A model generated the notes under the pieces. That model was given only the letters and a program-made list of their open reading frames with translations, had not been told where the DNA came from and did no database searches. Made by a program: the position numbers and the translations under genes. Shown here piece by piece: positions 11,613 to 24,300 of a stretch of 64,000 nucleotides of DNA (its first letter is position 1; every line of letters begins with the position of its first letter). Origin of the DNA: Mobula hypostoma (lineage: Eukaryota); contig NC_086109.1 of assembly GCF_963921235.1 (NCBI RefSeq), positions 13,890,001 through 13,954,000 on the forward strand. The letters run 5' to 3'.

Positions 11613-11699
11613 TATCAGTAGCAGGGACATCTATGCAGAGCAACTAGACCTCAGTTGTACCTGTCATGCTGCATGCATCTGCTCTCTAAGAAAGAAGGT

Positions 11700-12050
11700 G
11701 TGAGTTTCTCCTTCTCTCCGCTAGCCTGCAGGTCACCCTTGGGCAAGGTGTAACACCTGCTTAGCATCTCCTCGATCAAGGTCACTTGAAGCCATAGGAG
11801 CAGGTGGTAGATGGTCGTATGAGCAGATGGTACACATCACAAGCGCTGGTTATGCAGCCACTGACGCCAGGCAGACAACCTCTGAAGAGTAACGATAATA
11901 ATGGCTGGGGTCACCTACCTTGTAAGGATACTGACCAGAAGAAGGCAACAGCAAACCACTTCTGTAGAAAATTTTGCCAAGAACAATTTTGGTCATGGAA
12001 AGACTATGATCGCCCACGTCATACAACACGGCACAAAACGATGATGATTC
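11700..12050 (+). mobile_element. SINE-like element with RTE-type 3' end
   Basis: ggcaaaccact-like RTE motif and (GAT)n tail near 12040-12050. Confidence 0.55.
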
Positions 12051-12148
12051 ATTATCATCACATACTCACCAACGCATTGGTTCTCTGTGAGGGTTGGTTC
12101 TGATCTTATCAATCTCACACCTATTTCCAAGTGCCTTAAAGATCTTAC

Positions 12149-12320
12149 CTTTGTTGATAGATGCTGCTTTCTTGTGGCGGTGAGGTGTTTGGAGCTTCTG
12201 GTGGTGTTCCTGTAGCTCTGGGTTTTTACAGGATGGAACTATTAGCCCCATGCCCACTTCCCCTTTTGCAGCCAGGCTTGGAAACATTCACGGCAGAGTT
12301 GACTGTCCGTGTGCATGGTA
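12149..12320 (-). other. Candidate internal exon (172 nt) of an unidentified - strand transcript
   Basis: Unique sequence with acceptor ccttttagttattgcAG and donor AAG|GTAAGA. It holds an ATG-initiated frame (MFPSLAAKGEVGMGL...ASINK) that stays open to the donor. Confidence 0.45.
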
Positions 12321-12856
12321 CTGCAATAACTAAAAGGTAAATATTACTTTGAAGAAGTTTTATCTGCCTTGTTTGAAACTGAATCACAGTTTTTTAATTG
12401 CACTGTATAAATAAGCCCTTTTTGCATTTTGTTTATCTCAACTCCGAGTTCCTGAGAGTTCTCAAATATGTAGTTTGACACTGTGAAGCATTGAGGTAGT
12501 GAACAATGCATTGAAGTAGTATAAAGGCAACATTCCCTCAATTTTTTTTACAGCTTTGCAGACCAACCATTGCTTTGAGCAGGAAATTTTTACACGGCCT
12601 GAAATCTGTGTGGATCCTTAAATGTTAATATGCACATCAAGCAAACACAAACCACAACTGACAGTACAAGTAAATGAATGTCAGACAGTCAAAAAAACTA
12701 ATAGGCACAATGGCAAAAGTAAAATGTTTTGACTAGATGGTGTTAGTGTTCAGCAGGCTGGTGATTTATTAACAATGAGCTGCCAACTTCCATTCTGTAT
12801 TTATTGTTACTATTTGTAACACTGTTGTCACTTGAAACTGACAATATAAATACATT

Positions 12857-12980
12857 AACACAAGGAAATCTGCAGATGCTGGAAATTCTAAGGGTCTCGG
12901 CCCGAAACGTTGACTGTACCTCTTCCTATAGATGCTGCCTGACCTGCTGCATTCACCAGCATTTTGTGTGTGTGTTGGTT
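12857..12980. mobile_element. Penelope-derived terminal fragment
   Basis: atctgcagatgctgga and gggtctcggcccgaaacgttgactg motifs; 13-bp TSD atataaatacatt at 12844-12856 and 12981-12993. Confidence 0.75.
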
Positions 12981-13497
12981 ATATAAATACATTGAAGTTC
13001 TAAAATGTTTCAAAGTAAAGGTTGTGGTGCATTTATTATTTAGGAAGTTTATAAGACCATAATACCTTAGGACGTAGGAGCAGAAATATATAGTGGAGAC
13101 TGGTTTCGGTGATGAGCTAGGCTGTGTCCTCAACAGTTTCTAGTGGTCTCGGGCAGTGCAATTGGCATACCAAGCCAAGATGCATCTGGATAAGATGCTT
13201 TCTATAGTGCATTGGTTAATAATTGAAAGCATCCTATCTAAATGCAGTATACTTTGATATGTAACTGCTCTAAAACAATAACACAGTTGCTAACTACAGC
13301 AGATGCTGAAATTTGAAATAAAAATAGAAAACACTGGAACTATTAAGCAGTGGTATAGAGAAACAGAGTTAATATGTCAGGTTGATAGCTTTTCATCAGA
13401 ATTATTCTGATGAAGATATACTACAACTGGCTGTTAAGGGATCAGGGGCATTCTAAGGCTATGTGAGTCCCTGTAAATGTGTGTTTTATATTTGCAG

Positions 13498-13548
13498 CAG
13501 GGGTTCCCAGCCTGGGGTCCATGGCATAAAAAAGGTTGGGAACCCCTG
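13498..13548. mobile_element. 51-bp hAT (Charlie-like) MITE
   Basis: TIRs caggggttccca and tgggaacccctg; imperfect 8-bp TSD atttgcag / atttatag. Confidence 0.7.
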
Positions 13549-13972
13549 ATTTATAGGGTGCCAGTCTTCATAGTAATTCAGCCATGCACATGTGGAAAGG
13601 TGAATTGCAACGTGTTAACCCCAAAAATTGACATTAAGGAGTACTATAATTAAAACTAATTAACTAAAATAATTATTAAATCTAATTGACTAAAAGTAAA
13701 CTAAATATAATTATAAATAATGGACTGAAAATGCTCAAAATAAGAAACAAAATCAGAAAATGCTGTATACAGGCAGGAAGTCAGACAGCGACTTGATGAA
13801 CCAAATGCCCTCCTGCAATTCTACAATTCACGGGACAATTTACAATGACCAATTAACCTACTGACCAGTGAATCTTTGGACTGTCGAGGAAACCAGAGCA
13901 TCTGGAGGAAACCCATGTGGTCGCAGGGAGAACATACAAACTCCTTATGGACAGTGGTGGTCACTGATATAG

Positions 13973-14500
13973 ATTAGATTATGAGAACACTCAGTCCTCT
14001 TTTATTGTCATTTAGAAATGCATACATGCATTAAGAAATGATACAACGTTTCTCTGGAGTGATATCACAGAAAACAGGACAGACCAAAGACTAACACTGA
14101 CAGAACCACATAATTATAACATACAGTTCCAGCAGTGCAAAGCAATACCATAATTTGATGAAGAACAGACCATGGGCACAGTAAAAAAAAGGTCTCAAAT
14201 TCCCGAGTCGATCGACTCTCGAGTCCCTGATAGCAGGCGGCAAAAGGAAGAAACTCCCTGCCATAAACCTCCAGGCACCGTCAACTTGCCGATGCCTTGG
14301 AAGCAGCCAACCACAGCCGACACTGAGTCCATCCGTCCGAAAACCTCGAGCTTCCGATCAGCCTCTCCGATACAGCCTCCTGAGCGCCAACCTCTGCCGA
14401 GCGCCTTCGACCTCTCCCCGGCCGCTGAAACACGCAAAGCTGAAGATTTTGGGGCCTTCAGCTCCAGAGATTCCGGTTACCACACAGTAGCAACGGCAGC
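13973..14500 (-). mobile_element. Second, 5'-truncated copy of the 1648-2346 element
   Basis: Clear antisense homology, (ATTAG)n tail, TSD gatatag at 13966-13972 and 14501-14507. Confidence 0.8.
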
Positions 14501-15082
14501 GATATAGCATGTCATTGAATCTGTTGTTTTGCAGCAGCAGTACAGTGCAAATAAAATATACAGTACAGATAAAATATGCTATATATACTATAAATATATA
14601 TGCTAAACGTACAATAAAGAAATAAATTATATATAATTATATATAAGTAGTGCAAAAATAGTGAGATGGTGTTCATGCATTCATTGTCCATTCAGGAATC
14701 TGATGGCAAAGAGGAAGAAGCTGTTCCTAAAACTTGCCTTATTTGCGGGAAGAAAGCAGGAGAATGGTGTCAAGGGGGATAATGAAGGAATCAGCCATGA
14801 TGGAATGGCAGAGCTGACTTGATGGGCTGAGTGGCCTAATTCGGCTCCTATGTCTTATGGTCTAAAAAGCTGAGTGAGTGTGTTCAGGCTCTTGTACCTC
14901 CTCTCTGGTGGTGGTAACCAGAAAAGAGTATGTCCAGGGTGCTGGGGGTCTTTAATGATGTATGCCACTTTTTTAAGGTATCACCTTTTGAAGACGTTCA
15001 CGATAGTGGGGAAGCTCGTGCTCATTATGGAGCTGGCTGAGTTTACAACCCTCTGCAACTCACCATGAAGGTCAAGTTTCCA

Positions 15083-16595
15083 TAAGACCATAAGACATAG
15101 GAGCAGAATTAGGCCATTTGGCCCATTAGGTCTGGCCCACCATTCAATCATGGCTGATCCCTTGTTTCCCTCCTCAGCCCCACTCCCCAGCCTTCTCCCC
15201 ATAACCTTTGATGCTGTGTCCAATCAAGAACGTATCAAGCTCTGCCTTAAATATACCGAACAACCTGGCCTCCACAGCTTCCACAAATTCACCACCCTCT
15301 GGCTAAAGAAATTTCTCCTGCATCTCTGTTTTAAATGGACACCCCTCTATCCTGAGGTTGTGCCCTCTTGTCCTAGAAACCATGGAAAACATCCTTTCCA
15401 CATCTACTCTGTTTAGGCCTTTCAACATTCGTTTCAATGAGATCCCCCTTCATCCTTCTAAATTCCAGTGACTACAGACCCAGAGCTATCAAACGTTCCT
15501 TATATAATAACCCTTTCATTCTCAGAATCATCCTTGTGAACCTCCTCTGAAGCCTGTCCAATGCCAGCACATCTTTTCTTAGATGAGGAGCCGAAAACTG
15601 TTCACAACACTCAAGGTGAGGCCTCACCAGTGCCTTATAAAGGCTCAGCATCACATCCCTGCTCTTGTATTCAAGACCTCTTGAAATGAATGTTAACATT
15701 ACATTTGCCTTCCTCACCACCGACTTGAACCTTTAGGGTGTCCTGCACAAGTACTTACAAGTCCCTTTGCATCTCAGATTTTTGGATTTTCTCGGTTTAG
15801 AAAATAGTGTGCCCATTTATTTCTACTATCAAAGTGCGTGATCATGCAGTCCCCAATGTTGTATTTCATTTGCCACTTTCTTGCCCATCTCCTAATCTGT
15901 CTAAGTCCTTCTGCAGCCTACCTGTTTCTTCAACACTACCTGTCCCTCCACCAATCTTCATATTATCTGCAAACTAGACAACAAAGCCATCTATTCCATC
16001 ATCTAAATCATTGATATACAGCACAAAAAGAAGTGGTCCCAACACTGACCCCTGCGGAACACCACTAGTCACTGGCAGCCAATCAGAAAAGGATCCTTTT
16101 ATTTCCACTCACTGCCTCCTACCATACTCTAACCATGACAGTAACTTTCCTGTAATGCCATGGGCTCTTAACTTGGTAAGCAGCCTCATGTGTGGCACCT
16201 TGTCAAAGGCCTTCTGAAAGTCCAAATATACAACATCCATTGCATTCCCTTTATCTATCCTACTTGTAACCTCCTCAAAGAGTTCCAACAGGTTCGTCAG
16301 GCAGGATTTTCCCTGACGGAAACCATGCTGACTTTGTCCTACCTTGGCCTGTGTCACTTAGTACTCCGTAACCTCATCCTTAACAATTGACTCCAACATC
16401 ATCCCAAACATTGAGGTCAGGCTAACTGGACTATAATTTCCTTTCTGCTGCCTTCCTCCTTTCTTAAAGAGTGGAGTGACATTTGCAACTTTCCAGTCCT
16501 CTGGCACTGTGCCAGAGTCCGATGATTCTTGAAAGATCATTACTAATGCCTCCATAATCTCTACCACTACCTCTTTCAGAACCCTCGGGTGCACT
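15083..16595 (-). mobile_element. CR1 LINE ORF2 fragment, disrupted
   Basis: ORFs 16358-16594, 16109-16357 (QHGF, YLDFQKAFDKV) and 15472-15720; tail cataagaccataagacatagg. Confidence 0.9.
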
Positions 16596-16869
16596 CAGGT
16601 GCTCTGGATTTCCTCCACATCCCAAAAATATATAGGTTGGTAGGTTAACCGTCACTGTAAAGTACTCCTAGTGTATAGGTAGTGGTGAAATCTGGGAAGT
16701 TGATGGGAATGCTGGGAATAAGAAATAAAATGGGATTAGTATAGGACTAGGGTGGTTAATGGTCAGCATAGATGGTGGGTCAAGCTGGCTGTTTCTCTAC
16801 TCAATCTCTCTATGACTCCATAACTATATAAAACTTTTGTTCTACTTGTTTTATAAATACAAGTGATTC

Positions 16870-17585
16870 TGAACATAGAACATAGAATAGTACAGTACAG
16901 TACAGGCCCTTTGGCCCACATTGTTGTGTCGACCCTCAAACCCTGCCTCCCATATAACCCCTCACCTTAAATTCCTCCATATACCTGTCTAGTAGTCTCT
17001 TAAATTTCGCTAGTGTATCTGCCTCCACCACTGACTCAGGCAGTGTATTCCACGCACCAACCACTCAATGAGTAAAAAACCTTCCTCTAATATCCCACTT
17101 GAGCTTTCCATCCCTTACTTTAAAGCCATGTCCTCTTGTATTGAGCAGTGGTGCCCTGGGGAAGGGGTACTGGCTATCCACTCTATTTATTCCTCTTAAT
17201 ATCTTGTATACCTCTATCATGTCTCCTCTCATCCTTCTTCTCTCCAAAGAATAAAGCCCTAGCTCCCTTAATCCCTGATCATAATCCATACTCTCTAAAC
17301 CAGGCAGCATCCTGGTAAATCTCCTCTGTACCCTTTCCAATGCTTCCACATCCTTCCTATAGTGAGGCAACCAGAACCGGACACAGTACTCCAAGTGTGG
17401 CCCAACCAGAGTTTTATAGAGCTGCATCATTACCTCACGACTCTTAAACTCTATCCCTCGACTTATGAAAGCTAACCCCATGAGCTTTCTTAACTACCCT
17501 ATCCACCTGTGAGGCAACTTTCAGGGATCTGTGGACATGTACCCCCAGATCCCTCTGCTCCTCCACACTGCCAAGTATCCTGCAA
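16870..17585 (-). mobile_element. CR1 LINE 3' fragment
   Basis: ORF 17065-17481 (PHLEYCVRFW, QRRFTRM); tail gaacatagaacatagaa. Confidence 0.9.
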
Positions 17586-17597
17586 TGTACTTTACTT

Positions 17598-18125
17598 TGA
17601 AAATGCTGGAAATTCAGAGCAACACACACAAAATTCTGGAGGAACTCAGCAAGTCAGGCATCAACCATGGAAAGAATAAACAGTTAATGTTTCAGGCTGA
17701 GACCCTTCATCAGGACTAAAAAGGAAGGGAGAAGATGCCAGAATAAAAAGGTGGGGGAGGGGAGTGGATGGCTAGAAGGTGATAAGTGAAACCAAGTGAG
17801 TTAGAAAGATGAAGGGCTGGAGAAGAAGGAATCTGATAGGAGAGGAGAAAGGGAAGGAGGAGGGGACCGAGGGGAAGGTGATGAGCAGGTGAGAAGCCAG
17901 AATGGGGAATAGAAGAAGAGGGGAATGGGAGGGGGAAATCCAGAGTAGTACACACAAAATGCTGGAGGGACTCAACAGGTCAGGCAGCATCTATGGAAAG
18001 GAATAAACAGTTAACATTTCAGGCTGAGACCCTTCATCAGGACGGGAAAGGAAGAGCAAAGACGGTGTTGGAAGTGAAGGAATACGAGCTAGAAGCTGAT
18101 GGTGAAACCAGGTGAGTGGGAAGGT
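17598..18125 (-). mobile_element. Two tandem Penelope-like 3' terminal repeats
   Basis: Repeated acacacaaaat(g/t)ctggagg...gagacccttcatcagga blocks with purine-rich bodies. Confidence 0.75.
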
Positions 18126-18129
18126 AGGT

Positions 18130-18715
18130 TCAACATTCAAGATGGTTTTAAGTCATTTCCATTGCACAAGCGTAAAGGAGAACACAGCAAATGTAACTCT
18201 GGATCTAATGCAGCACAAAAAAGTCACACTAAGATAAAAACACGATGAAAAACCAATAGAAAGAAATACAAAAGATAACTTATGTACATAGATTGATTAA
18301 ATGTACATAAGGTGATGCTAGGCACAGGAGAGTCTGTACATAAAGTGACTCTGACAGGAAATGATAAGGTAGTGGTGATGAGGTGGTTAGCGGGTAGAGG
18401 TGCTGATCATCCTTACTGCTCTAGGAACTGACTGCTTTTGAGACCGGTGGGCCTGGCGTGGATGCTATGTAGCCTCCTCCCTGATGGGACTGGGACAAAC
18501 AGTCCATGAGCAGGGGAGGTAGGATCCTTCATGATGTTACCGGTCTTTTTTTTTCCAGGAATGTTTCTGTATATATGTCCTTGATGAGTGATGCTGGTAG
18601 TTTTTGACTACCTGTTGTAAAGCCTTCCTGTCTGCTGCAGTGCAGTTTCTGTACCACACAGTGATGCAGCATATTAGGATGCTCTGGCTGTAGAAGGTTG
18701 TTAGTAGTATTGAGG
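18130..18715 (-). mobile_element. Rex1/Babar-type LINE 3' fragment
   Basis: ORF 18537-18812 includes SILICCITVWYRNCTAADRKALQQVVK. Confidence 0.75.
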
Positions 18716-18717
18716 TA

Positions 18718-18985
18718 GATTCCTTCTTCATCAGACAATCACCTTTTCCACCAATCACCTCGGAGCTTCTCACTTCATCCACCTTCCCCACTCGTCTACC
18801 TTCCCCCCTCACCAGGTTTCACCTATCCCCTTCTAGCTCATACTCCCTCCCCTCCCCCAACATTCTTATTCCGGCTTCTTCCCTCTTCCTTTCCAGTCCT
18901 GATGAAGGATCTTGGCCCGAAACACCGGCACTTTATTCCTCTCCATTCCTGACCAGCTGAGTTCCTCCAGCATTTTGTAGGTGTC
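18718..18985 (+). mobile_element. Penelope-like 3' terminal repeat
   Basis: Pyrimidine-rich body, ccagtcctgatgaagg...cccgaaac and ctgagttcctccagcattttgt. Confidence 0.75.
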
Positions 18986-19229
18986 TACCTGCATTTATAT
19001 AGTGACTTTCACATCCACTTCTCTGATCTCATACCTACCAAGATAGCAGTCTCTTAGCAACGCACTGCAATACGAGTCCTGACTTTTGTGTTCAAATGTC
19101 TAGTTTGGATGTTAAGCCCTTTCGCAGAGAATCAAGATTTCTGCTAGTATTTTAATTAATAGTCACATTGCAATTACCATTTCTTTTCAATCATCGTATA
19201 TCATAGCAGGAAGGAATAAACTAAAAGAC

Positions 19230-19900
19230 TAATCTGCCTGGCGGTTAGAGTACAACACTTTACTTTCCTCAGGCCACCGTGAGAGCGGCGCAACCCGCGC
19301 CTTTAATGAGATTGCTGTCGGCCAAAGGTTGCGAGACCTGCCCCTTTAAGTGCCGGCGAGTGGCTTACAATGGGAAAGAAGCCGGGATCTCAGCAGACGC
19401 GCCGCCGACACCAGCCGCTCCGCACGGGGCAGCTCTGATTGTAACCCCTGCCTATCCCCATTTCCCCTCTCCCTCCTCCCTCCTTCGCTCTTGCTTCCCC
19501 GAGGACGAGAGCGGGTACACACAAGCTCCGGTCCAGTCAACAGTACCCATCCAGAGCCCAGCGGAGAACCGAGGCAGAGGAACAAAAGGAAGCCAAGGAG
19601 TCCGCTGTAAGTGGGGCAGGGAGCCGGGCGATGGGTCGAGTCGGGTCTGCCCAGGGCGACTGTACCAGGATCCTTACTCTGAAATTGCCTTGTCAATATC
19701 TCCCGTTCTGCCGCTGAACGCGAGGAATCCTGCAACATTTTGTGTCCGCTTTAACTATTTTCATAATGCCCTGTTTTAAAGTTCAAAGCAACAATAACCC
19801 CCTTGTCAACATCAGCGCTTTTAATTCTCCTCGCTACCCGCGTTATTGGCGAATATGTCATGTTTAATAGAACCTGACTTGAACGCAAATTGGACTGCAG
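19230..19900. promoter_or_regulatory. CpG-island-like promoter region
   Basis: Sharp local rise in GC and CpG in unique, repeat-free sequence; TATA-like cctttaag near 19343; splice donor at 19607. Confidence 0.7.
19370..19606 (+). other. Candidate non-coding first exon of an unidentified gene (start approximate)
   Basis: Lies within the CpG island and ends at GCT|GTAAGT; followed by several kb of transposon-poor sequence. Confidence 0.5.
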
Positions 19901-21279
19901 TTTGGATAATTTTAGTGTAAACTTTTTCCTTGCAAACTTCTGAGCTAGTAACATATTTAAAAAGATAGACAATTCGTAAGTCGGCTTGGAAGTTATAAGA
20001 GACTGTTCACTGCTGGTCACATTCGCATTTGCGAAATGTAAATATTTTTTAAACATGTTAATTATAAACTAGGCAGCTCAAAAAGGAGGGGGAAATATCC
20101 AAGAATGTTGACGGGAGGTTTGGCGCCAACCTTAACTACAGAAACCAGTTTTTCCTTGTATATTAAAACTTTTTCTCTCCCTATCCGATATAAATGGAGC
20201 GATTGTTTGTGTGTTCATCTATTGATAGACCACAGAGTAAGTCTGTTTCACAGTAAATTCCAGCCACTGTTCCTGGGTAATTATTGCTCGCAGTCGAGTC
20301 CACTGTGTACTGTCCACAAGCGCTGAATTAAGTGAAGTTAGCTAATTAATCCTGTATTTTAATAAAATAATCAGATAAACCCCGATCAAAGTAGGAGATA
20401 GGAAACTCGAGTGAGAGATGCATTTTGTTTATAAACTGGCTGTTAACGTTGCCTGATCCTTGAGTTTGAAGTTAACCATTAAAAAAATAATTTGCCTTTT
20501 GAACCCTACAGTTTTGCAAAATGCTTACCAGGTTGGTCTGTAAGCAATTTAACTCTTTTTCATTAAAAGGCAAATTAAAATAAAATCAGTGGCCCCTTAT
20601 AAATCCAGTTTGAACTTCAAAGGAAAACCCTCCATTCAATCTGATAATATTGTTTTACTGAGAGATGTAGCCTGTTGGGATTTTTTTTGGGAAGTGATTG
20701 GGAAGAGCATCTCTCTCTGTACTCCAAAATCCCTGTTTAATCCTGCAGATTACGCTGGTTTTCAATCTATGTACCTGGGCATTATATTTGCTCTCCTATA
20801 CTTTCTCTTCTGTACCCAGGCAGGGTGTGCACTAAACTATGATCAGCTGCTGTGTGGGACACATCTCTTAAATCCACACAGCTGCTGGACGCCCATTTCT
20901 TGCCGTCTGAATGACGGATTGAAATTGCTTGAGTTTTACAGCCGGTTCTGCTAACTCTGAAGCCAGAAGAGAGAATACTTGTCAGACGCGCTGATGTTCT
21001 CCATCAAAACATCTTGTGCATCTACTGAAATGGCTGCAAGTCAGCTAGTGTGTGGGCTAAGCTGCTCGTTCCCGTGCATTGAAAGGCAAAGAAAAGCTTG
21101 CAATTCAGTGGCAAAGCACCTATCGAATCTCCCCAGCCAGTGGAGGGCATTTCAGGAAGTGCGGTGCCCAGATAGTCACACCAGATTGTGAAATCCCTTT
21201 GTTGTCCCGGACCCTGCTTCCTTGTTAACAGATTCTTTCTCAGCTCAGACAGAAATGTTGGTTTTGTGTCTCTTTTTAG

Positions 21280-21341
21280 ACAATATTTTATTAGTCCAGT
21301 GAGGCACAGTGGAAGATTTCTCCCGCTAGGGCTTTGTGCAT
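21280..21341 (+). other. Candidate small 5' UTR exon
   Basis: Acceptor ttttgtgtctcttttAG-type tract ending at 21279 and donor CAT|GTAAGT at 21342. Confidence 0.3.
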
Positions 21342-24300
21342 GTAAGTAAATTGTATTCATAGTAGGTATCATCTACCCCCTCTCTAATTCCCCAATTTCA
21401 ATACTAAACAGTACAAGCCAATCGCACTTTAATTCAACAGTCTCTTTTCAATCAGTGGAGATTTTGGTGAAAAATTGAACACTGTAACCCACTTGAATTT
21501 AGATATGTAAATATTATTCAGAAGTTTAAAAGCTTGCTTGCTGTCGTCTGGAATACGATTAGGGCCAGGAATGGATTAATACAATAAATATTATTTCATG
21601 TCATTTGACCATAATTGTTGCAGCATGTAAAATTCATGTCAACTGTTATAAAAGTTCCAATACTTTATAGCAAAGTATGCCAGCAGCATTGGTATGCAAT
21701 GAACAGTTGTGCTTGCTTGTGCAGAGTCCCTTTAACACATACTACCACTGCTTATAAAGCTGATTTTTGTGTGAATTTACAATTCCGATGCTTTATTTAC
21801 AATTTATACAGGGACTCTTTAGTGAGTTCATACACAAAACACAAAAGTGGTTAATCCAGCTAAACTTCCAGTGGGCAAATGAGTCATGGCCACAGACCTA
21901 TTTATGGGGGCACCGTGGTGAGGGCCTTTATTTTAAATAAAGCTGAGAGGGAAATGAAACAATCACAGTGTACAAATGTGAGTGATACCAATGGAAAAGA
22001 AGAAACAGTCACTAAAATAAAGCTCCTGTAAATAAGGCTTTGATAATTTAACTGTGAAAGTTCATCTGCAGCACTGCTGATGGACCATCTGTGTCTACAT
22101 TGTGGGCCGGGCACTGAAACGTGAGGCTGAAACGGAGCTAGCTGAACCCAACAGTTTTCCCTCACCCCAACTTTTTGTTTTTTCCATTTGCCCTCCCGCT
22201 CTTACTGGTCCACTTTTTCATCCAGATGCCAATAAAACAATGGTTGCACTGTCTTTTCTAAAAAGTAATATTGAGCTCAGAGGCAACTTGCATTTGGAAA
22301 CCATTGCACTCTTCCTGCTTTATAGCTTGGGCCCTTGTTTCAAGGTTGTCGTGTGATTGTTTCCGTACTTTTCTTGTTGAAAATCCCTCCCTGTTGTGGA
22401 AATCTGTCGGTGTTGAAAGAGCAGGGTAATGGATTGAGAGGTTAGAATAATCTTCAACCCAAAGACAATAGGACCAGAATGTATTTTCTCTGCACTTCTG
22501 TAATCTCTAACACCCTGTGTTTGCATGCGCATTGGTTTCTACGCTCCGGTCGAATTTTATAGATTGACAACAGATTTAATGATTTTGAGTCAAACACATA
22601 AAAAGATTGCTGGCCCATGTAATTTTTAAGGTGGGTAATTGTTTGAGCCCCGTACTGGGGTGCGAGAACTATGATGTCCAGCAGTAATGTTTTGAAAAGA
22701 GGGATTTGGTCATGCAAATCTTTGGGCCTCGATTTGGAGGTTAGATTTCACACTGGTGTGGGACTGGCAAAAAGTGTTGAACAAGGAAGGTCTTTATTTC
22801 AAGCAGCAGGCTGCAAGTCTGTTTCACTTTGTTTAAACTGGTTTCCTCTCAGGCCGTTGTTAGTTTTCCCCTCTCGGGTCCTGTCCTTGATTTTGGAGAT
22901 GCTGACCAGCGTTGCGGGGAAAGGTGCTCCTTAACTATCGACATTCCCTCCAGAGCTGGTGCAGGGTTTGCAAGAATGGATTTGAATTATGATGATAGAA
23001 AACTGCACAGCACAGCTTTGTTGTTGGGACTCAAGAGTTTAGATTAAATATATTTGGTTGGATGTAAAAGAAGGCCATTGGAGGTGTCCCAAGGGAAGAG
23101 GAAGGCTGTTTTGGGTTCCTACTCAACACTCTGTGCTTCATATGAGTGTGACCTGAGGACTGTGCTGATTTCACCCAAAGGATCTATTTGCGAATTTGCT
23201 GTTGAGAGGAGGATAACATGACTGCCATTTGTCCGGTGCAAGGCAGTAAGTACAATCAACAGCAAACAACTTCTTCTCCCTTATTTCCAGTCCTAATGAA
23301 CGGTTTTGGCCCAAAGCATTGACTGTTTCAATAGGTGCATTTAATGTCAGAGAAATGTATACAATATACATCCTGAAATTCTTTTTCTTCGCAAACATCC
23401 GTGAAAACAGAAGAATGCCCCAAAGAATGAATGAGAGTTAAACATTAGAACTCCAATGCTCCCCCCTTCCCTGCACAAGATGCTTCTCTCCATGGCCACT
23501 GCCTGAGCTGCTGAGTTCCTCCAGCATTTTGCGTGCGTTGCTCTGGATTTCCAGTATCTGCGGATTCTCTTCTGTTTAAGGTGTGATAAGGAAGCTGAGA
23601 TGAGCGAGCAGTAGTCTAACTGTTGCTGATTGGGTCAACTGGTTTTAAGTTGAGCAGGGCGGACATTGCTGGGAAATAGGGCCCAGCCATTCCCAGCATG
23701 GACCAGGTACAGAGAGAGTCTAAAGATGAAGTGAAAATTGTGAGAGTCGGAATTGCTGGTGGGTGGCGACACCTAAAAGGCTGATGGAAAGTACTGTAGA
23801 GATGTACAAAGCGGTATGGAGGCAGTGGGTGTGAAGTTTACACCTGAGGAATATCTGTAAGTAACTCGCCATGCTACCACCAGTAGATTAATGTTGGAAA
23901 AGGTTGTTGTGTTAAGTGTGTGGCTGAAAAACTTGATGTTCTATGTTGGATACAGTGGGGAACATGTTTATTGCAGGCTGGTATCCTTCGTTTTGTTTTG
24001 TTCTTAATATGCAGGCCTTTAACAGCTAGGCTGTAAGGTGACACCCTATTTTGCATCTTGTGTTTTTGCTTTTGTATTGGGTGAGATTTGGTTTTGCTTT
24101 GTTTTTAAACATTTTAGCATCGAGCAACTCAGCAGAAAGAGTTGCTGGATGATCGTGGAATAAGAGAATTTAAAAGTGTTTTTATCCTCCCATGTTGTGC
24201 AATTGTTGGTGAAGAGGAGGGGGACTGATTGAAGTTGGGATGGGGGAGAGCTGAGATGAGATTAGAATCAGGTTTAATATCACCATCGTATTCCATGAAA

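Noticed and set aside
19279..19779. 166-aa and 130-aa ORFs in the CpG island
   Set aside because: Stop-poor GC-rich sequence, no recognisable domain, and the + strand ORF crosses a splice donor.
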